Source: Candidatus Altimarinota bacterium
Lineage (GTDB): Bacteria > Patescibacteriota > Gracilibacteria > 1-14-2-50-48-13
Direction of reading: 5' to 3'
Assembly: GCA_046314355.1 (NCBI GenBank)
Contig: JBKBWQ010000001.1
Span: 480,001-544,000 of the forward strand
DNA: 64,000 bases
Below, in pieces: positions 58,984 through 64,000 of the stretch; positions within the stretch are counted from its first letter, which is position 1, and every line of letters starts with the position of its first letter. The notes below the pieces were generated by a model. That model saw only the letters and a program-made list of their open reading frames with translations, was not told the origin of the DNA and searched no databases. Both the position numbers and the translations under genes were made by a program.

Positions 58984-60861
58984 TTACTTACTTACTTCCC
59001 CCTTCATCCCCATCACAAAATTCAAATACGCTTCATTCTCCTTTAAAAAGATCCGTAGTCTTTCCTGCTCATAGGGAGTGAGTGAGGTCCGAGGAAGCTT
59101 ATCTAGGTAGACTTTTTTGTAAAAACTTGGCGTAAAACTTATATATTTATCAAAGTACTTCTTTGCCTCGGCTATATTTCCAAGACGTGCAACAGCTTCT
59201 CCTGCATATAGTGGGATCAAAGGACAATTTGGACAGAGTGTTTCCGCTTTCTTAAAACTCTCCAATGCCCTTTCATTATCTTTTAATAGTGCATATGCTC
59301 TTCCCTTCTGCATATACACAAAATAATCATGCCCATTTATAGCTTCTGCCTTTTGTACAAAATTTAGTTTATCTTCAGGTTCATTTAATTCATCACTGCC
59401 AAAGACGAGGTATTCATATCTATATGGACTCATATCGATACTTTGTATGAGTTTTCCGATATTCTGCTCCTGCCTTGCTTCTGCATAAAGAATATCACCG
59501 GTATATATTCTATACCCTGCTACGGCAAAGATACTGCCTGCTATTGCGACAATTACAGCAGTTGAAAAGATGCTTATTTTATTCTTTACAGCTGCACTTT
59601 TACCAACAAAGGTAACTATAAGTATAAAAGAAAAAATAACACCAGAAGTTACTTTTGTTACGGTAGTAAAAAAGCCTGCAAAGTAACTTACCTCAAGAGC
59701 TATCAGAGATATTACCAACGTGCATACTAGAAGTCTATCCTCTGTGGAAGCTTTTTCAGTCCGCATAAAATACTCTTTAACATACCTGATGATCATCATA
59801 ATGCATACAACTGCAAATATTAATCCTATAACTCCCTGCTCTGTCACTAGATCAAGCAAACTATTATGAGCTCGGTCTGGCATGTTTGTAAAGTTTTCCG
59901 TTTCCCCCATACCTTGAGGAAAAAATGGTGAGAATGCATAGCTGAATGAATCAAATCCATACCCCGTCCATGGACTTTTTGAAATCATCTCAATAACATA
60001 AGGTAGGAGATACGCTCTTGTAAGAATAGATCTTGTAAATGCGCCGTCAAATACCTTGAAGGAGATATAGAAGAGTATAATTCCAGACAGGAGTAATAAT
60101 GCCTTAGCTAGATAAGGTTTTAGCCTTTGCTTTACTTCCTGAGAAAGCATTACTCTATATGAATAGAACCCAAAGAATAATAATGCTAATAAAAATGCTG
60201 CAATGGACGCTCTATTCTCAGTAGCTAGAAGAGCAAGTATTTGAATAAAAAAACTGATTCGCAAAAGAACCTTTTTCCATCGAGCACTATTTTGCTCACG
60301 AAATATAAAGAAAATATGAAGCAGCAAACATACAACTAAAAACTGTCCTAAAAAGTTTGGATGACCTGCAGCTCCATAGATTCGGCCAAGAGTTGAGGCA
60401 ATGCCTCCAAAAGGATATGCTGAAATAAACTGCCACAACGCTGTCAAAGATACTAATACTCCTCCACCTATAATTCCATAAAGAACTGAAAGTATTTCAT
60501 TTTTCTTCCATATTCTTGTTAGCATCAAGAAAGACATAAATACAATTCCTAGAATCAAGAATAATCCCTGATGCCGCTCATATGATCCCCAAAAACTCAG
60601 CTCTGGAGTCAAAGCAAAGAATGTATTTGCCGCCAAATATAAAAGATACAAAACTACAGTTATAAAAAACCACGGTATTCTTTTAAAAATATCCATAGTC
60701 ATATTTCCCTCAGCAAGGACCTCATTCGCTCTCACAAAAGCTACCACTCCGCATCCTGCAACAAGAAAAAAAGCAATTTTCGGTAATTCAAAGTGCTGGG
60801 CAGTCTGCAAAGAATATGCTACAGGAAACAATATAAAGAAGAGTTGAAGCAGCCGAGCCAT
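58984..60861 (-). CDS. O-antigen ligase (Wzy_C)-family membrane protein with C-terminal TPR repeats
   Basis: GSYERHQG, GHPNFLG, TENRAS, PWTGYG and DRAHNSLL motifs; about 12 TMs; TPR-like helices (YMQKGRAYALLKDNERALESFKKA). Confidence 0.85.
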   Translation of the reverse strand: MARLLQLFFILFPVAYSLQTAQHFELPKIAFFLVAGCGVVAFVRANEVLAEGNMTMDIFKRIPWFFITVVLYLLYLAANTFFALTPELSFWGSYERHQGLFLILGIVFMSFLMLTRIWKKNEILSVLYGIIGGGVLVSLTALWQFISAYPFGGIASTLGRIYGAAGHPNFLGQFLVVCLLLHIFFIFREQNSARWKKVLLRISFFIQILALLATENRASIAAFLLALLFFGFYSYRVMLSQEVKQRLKPYLAKALLLLSGIILFYISFKVFDGAFTRSILTRAYLLPYVIEMISKSPWTGYGFDSFSYAFSPFFPQGMGETENFTNMPDRAHNSLLDLVTEQGVIGLIFAVVCIMMIIRYVKEYFMRTEKASTEDRLLVCTLVISLIALEVSYFAGFFTTVTKVTSGVIFSFILIVTFVGKSAAVKNKISIFSTAVIVAIAGSIFAVAGYRIYTGDILYAEARQEQNIGKLIQSIDMSPYRYEYLVFGSDELNEPEDKLNFVQKAEAINGHDYFVYMQKGRAYALLKDNERALESFKKAETLCPNCPLIPLYAGEAVARLGNIAEAKKYFDKYISFTPSFYKKVYLDKLPRTSLTPYEQERLRIFLKENEAYLNFVMGMKGEVSK

Positions 60862-60938
60862 AGAAACAGGAGAAATAATTTGACCTTACTATAAAAGATT
60901 TGAGAAAAATAGGAAGAGATGAAGAAAATTTGGGCTCG

Positions 60939-60969
60939 AGGGCTCGGAGTGTGAGTGATAGTGAGAGTA
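60939..60969. repeat. 31-nt dispersed repeat, copy 2
   Basis: AGGGCTCGGAGTGTGAGTGATAGTGAGAGTA; 29/31 identical to 47820-47850. Confidence 0.85.
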
Positions 60970-61000
60970 CTGAAAAACCCAATGCTTATTGTTAGGAATC

Positions 61001-61145
61001 CCTCTACGCCAAAAAGAACTAGAACCTTATAGTTCAGGTGTAGGCTACGAAGGACATTCTTCGCCCTATATAAAAAATCTTCGCCTGCGAAGATTCATTC
61101 CATTCCGGCTGTGCCATTCGTAGCTTCGTGAGAAGCGAAGAATGG
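61001..61145. repeat. Cluster of REP-like hairpins abutting the tRNA-Glu 3' end
   Basis: CCATTC-GTA-GCTTC-gtga-GAAGC-GAA-GAATGG (61114-61145), AATCTTCGC-ct-GCGAAGATT (61076-61095) and CTACGCC...GGCTACGAAGG (61004-61053). Confidence 0.65.
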
Positions 61146-61217
61146 TGACCCCACGGAGAATCGAACTCCGATTATCAGATTGAAAATCTGGCGTCCTAAC
61201 CGTTAGACGATGGGGCC
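61143..61217 (-). tRNA. tRNA-Glu (TTC)
   Basis: Minus strand GGCCCCA-TCGTCTAACGGTTAGGAC, anticodon arm CAGA-TT-TTC-AA-TCTG, GTTCGATTC, TGGGGTC-A-CCA. Confidence 0.95.
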
Positions 61218-61225
61218 ATTTACTT

Positions 61226-61255
61226 AAAAACGCTACTTAGGGATTGTAGCGTTTT
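61226..61255 (-). terminator. Hairpin after the large hypothetical gene, overlapping the tRNA-Glu -10 box
   Basis: Minus strand AAAACGCTAC-aatccctaa-GTAGCGTTTTT; a TTGACT-16-TACAAT promoter candidate overlaps it. Confidence 0.55.
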
Positions 61256-61286
61256 CAAGAAGAGAGTCAATTGAATTTTATTCAGC

Positions 61287-64000
61287 CTACCTAAGAGTAG
61301 CAGGAGAATTTTGTATGTCTCTTTTGTCTATATCAAATTGAATATCATGATTATAAATATCCTTATATGCTACTTGATACTTAACCTTATCTTTGACAGT
61401 TTTTGTAGTCTTATACATATCTTGCATTGAAGGAGCTATCGCTGTTGCATACTCCTTTAATTTTTCTTCATAAGTAGTTAATACTGTATCATCACCATTC
61501 AAACTGCGAATTCCAGCAATATATTCTTTAATTTTCTGTAGTCTTGGAAAAATGATCTCGGCCTTTTGTTTTAAATTAGCTGAAGTGATATCAGGAGTAA
61601 TAACACCATAAATTTTTGCAATATCATTGAACTGATTTTCTACAAATTGTAAGGCACTTGATATTCTCTCTTTCTTAGTACGCTCTTTTTCAGTTCCTTT
61701 TGTAATGATAAGTGTATTTTTCGCAAATTTAATATCCACATCTACCCCATCTTTCAATCCAAGATAATCCTTATATTGCTTTGGTAGTTTTTTGAAAAAC
61801 TCCTTTTTTACATCAAGAGCTACATAAGGTTTTTCATTTGTAGAAAAATTATTTAATTTAATATGCAGTTCCTTTGGCTGCTTAGTAAGCTTAATATCTT
61901 TCATTCCGGGATTCTTCGGAAAATACTTCTCTTCTAGTACCACATTATTGAGCACTGCTATTGATTCAAACAGCTTATCCACTTGAGCATTATTTACCTC
62001 ACTGAATCTTCTATCACTTCCGATCATAAGTACATGATTTCTCACTTCTAGGTGAAGAGCATCATCTTTTTTAAAGTCTAGCAGAGCATTTTTAGGATTC
62101 TTTTTCTTGAAAGCATGTATCATCGCGATCAAATCATTCTTAGCTCCAGCATATTCAGGTTCAAAAATACCATCTGGAGTAGTATCAGCTGGGTCTAATG
62201 TTGCACTTAAGATTCCATCTTTATAAGTTGCAGAACCTCCTGATGCCTGTATCTTCAGGTCAAACCAATTATCAAGATTCTTATAAATATTCTTTGCCAA
62301 GAGGTCAGTAGCCATGACTTCTTTTTTCTCAGTCACTTTATTCTGTGTCTCAGCTGGCTTCTTTTGTGCGCTGGTTTTTGGTGTATTTATAACAGGTTTT
62401 TTCTCAGGTGTTGTACTCTTCGGTGTTACTTTTTTTGACGGAGCTTTATTAATTGGTGCTGTAAGCTTCTTTTCACTCGTTTTCTTTGTCTCATCCTTTT
62501 TAGGGACTACAACTTCTGGAGTTTTCGCTACCTCCTGTTTTTGATATGCTTTTACTTCAAGTCTGAATGCTTTATTCTCTCCTGATGCATCAGGAAGCCG
62601 CTGATAAGAAGCATAGAATTGGTATTTTTCCGTCTGCTTTGGATCTTCCATTACGAGTTTCGCAAGTTCTTCTTGAGAAAACTCTTTTGGAAGAGCTTTG
62701 TAATCTTCCATAGTTGTAAACGGAAAATCCACAAGAAATTTCTGAGAATTAGGAGGTGTATTAATCCATGCTATCTGCTTTTTATCAGAATCCATATACA
62801 TTCCAATAATTTTCCCTTCCTTATTTATTAGCCATCCTTTATTTAACGTCACATCAATTCTTCCCTGATCTTTATGTATGAATTCATATTCCTCAAGAAT
62901 ACTTGGATCTGCATTTACCTCCTCGGGAGTATGACCGGAGTAGGTTCTATTTCTAAAATCATTAGAAAGAGGCTGCGGAAGACCACTTGGCACTCTTTCC
63001 GGATTTACCGGCGTATAAGCTTCTATGGATTTTTCAGGCTGAAAATCAGTAGCAACATATTCCGTAACTTCAGGCTCAGCTCCCCGGTTATCTAGCGTCA
63101 TTATGAGATAATTGTTCTCTGTATTCATTTCAATATTTACTTTGTCAGAAGAGACCTTTCTCAATTCCGCAATCAAATCAAGTGTCTCTTTATCCTGTCC
63201 CTCAGGAGCCTTTTCCAATTCATTTAAGGCATCATTCCACACTTTATTTTTATCTGATATATTAATGCTTTGTGTAAGCGGAATCTCAAGTTTTACACCT
63301 TTCCCCTCATTGTAACTTAAGTTAGGACCAACATAGATATCTGTTCTACGCTCTAGTGTAATGTTCTTTTCCTGCATTTCCTGAGCTTTTTTGCTAAGTA
63401 TTTCTTTAATTTCTTTTTTTAGATTCTCATCAATATGCTCTCCATCAGTCATAAGGATTTTTCCAGCTTCTTCTGCATCAGCAGTCAAGATTGCAATATC
63501 ATGCTGTAGTTCTCTCAGAGCTTTACTTGGATCTGATTTGATAAGTTCCTTTAATGCTTCTATCTCAGTGCTGGCATGTTCATTCACAGCTAGTACTTCT
63601 CCCTCTGTAGAAGTACGCTGATCCTTCATTTCCTTAGAACCAAATGTAGAAGAAAAGAATGACTCAAATCCATTCCAGTTTTTAGCAGATCCAATATGGT
63701 TTTTAAATTTTTCTTTACCCATTTCTTTTTCCACAGCAGAAAGAGCTACTACAATCTGATACGCTTCATTAGATGTTTTCAGCATCCTTTCATTTACATT
63801 CTTATATGAATCAAAACGTGCATTTCCAGATGAAGTCTTTTCCTCCATTAATGCGATATATGCCCTTTCCAAAGATTTATTTGAACCTAATAACTCACGG
63901 CGCACTCTTTGATCTACTGCCAGTGCCTTTAGAGTGTTCTGTTCAATTTTAGCAAAATCATTCCCATAAATATCATTTTGATTTAAATGCTCTGTCTTCT
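61287..64000 (-). CDS. Large Lys/Glu-rich hypothetical protein (5' end outside the window)
   Basis: The frame stays open from 63905 to the window edge (KTEHLNQNDIYGNDFAKIEQNTLKALAVDQR-VRRELL...), so the GTG start in the ORF track is internal. It contains a K/T/P-rich linker; no recognised domain. Confidence 0.75.
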   Translation of the reverse strand, partial: KTEHLNQNDIYGNDFAKIEQNTLKALAVDQRVRRELLGSNKSLERAYIALMEEKTSSGNARFDSYKNVNERMLKTSNEAYQIVVALSAVEKEMGKEKFKNHIGSAKNWNGFESFFSSTFGSKEMKDQRTSTEGEVLAVNEHASTEIEALKELIKSDPSKALRELQHDIAILTADAEEAGKILMTDGEHIDENLKKEIKEILSKKAQEMQEKNITLERRTDIYVGPNLSYNEGKGVKLEIPLTQSINISDKNKVWNDALNELEKAPEGQDKETLDLIAELRKVSSDKVNIEMNTENNYLIMTLDNRGAEPEVTEYVATDFQPEKSIEAYTPVNPERVPSGLPQPLSNDFRNRTYSGHTPEEVNADPSILEEYEFIHKDQGRIDVTLNKGWLINKEGKIIGMYMDSDKKQIAWINTPPNSQKFLVDFPFTTMEDYKALPKEFSQEELAKLVMEDPKQTEKYQFYASYQRLPDASGENKAFRLEVKAYQKQEVAKTPEVVVPKKDETKKTSEKKLTAPINKAPSKKVTPKSTTPEKKPVINTPKTSAQKKPAETQNKVTEKKEVMATDLLAKNIYKNLDNWFDLKIQASGGSATYKDGILSATLDPADTTPDGIFEPEYAGAKNDLIAMIHAFKKKNPKNALLDFKKDDALHLEVRNHVLMIGSDRRFSEVNNAQVDKLFESIAVLNNVVLEEKYFPKNPGMKDIKLTKQPKELHIKLNNFSTNEKPYVALDVKKEFFKKLPKQYKDYLGLKDGVDVDIKFAKNTLIITKGTEKERTKKERISSALQFVENQFNDIAKIYGVITPDITSANLKQKAEIIFPRLQKIKEYIAGIRSLNGDDTVLTTYEEKLKEYATAIAPSMQDMYKTTKTVKDKVKYQVAYKDIYNHDIQFDIDKRDIQNSPATLR

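Noticed and set aside
47820-60969. The two 31-nt repeats as att sites of a 13-kb island, or as CRISPR repeats
   Set aside because: The enclosed region contains core genes (asnS, tRNAs) and no integrase. There are only two copies, 13 kb apart, with no spacers or cas genes.

Overview
AT-rich, gene-dense bacterial chromosomal segment read in the standard code (TGA is used as a stop). Gene content points to a Patescibacteria/CPR organism of Gracilibacteria/Peregrinibacteria type; this is an inference from VirB2-like pilins, giant FG-GAP/PKD proteins, SLH and lamin-tail proteins and an apparent lack of Shine-Dalgarno sites. The left half (1-31097) is a minus-strand cluster of very large surface proteins: a 6545-aa secreted protein, a stand-alone VirB2/TrbC-like pilin, a 2865-aa protein with the same pilin hairpin fused to Ig/PKD domains, a helical stalk and a C-terminal anchor, and a 3-TM PKD protein cut by the window edge and missing from the ORF track. 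This cluster is the best candidate for an uncharacterised cell-contact apparatus. The right half holds envelope and housekeeping genes: grpE, a class A PBP with a RodZ-C-like insert, VanW, GT2/GT-C glycosyltransferases, mutL, htrA, asnS and an O-antigen-ligase-like gene. It also has three tRNAs (Leu-GAG, Val-GAC, Glu-TTC), a rifampin ADP-ribosyltransferase gene directly behind tRNA-Val, and small repeat or hairpin elements at or near tRNA 3' ends. No CRISPR array, integrase, transposase or rRNA was seen. All family assignments come from motif recognition by eye; no database searches were run.
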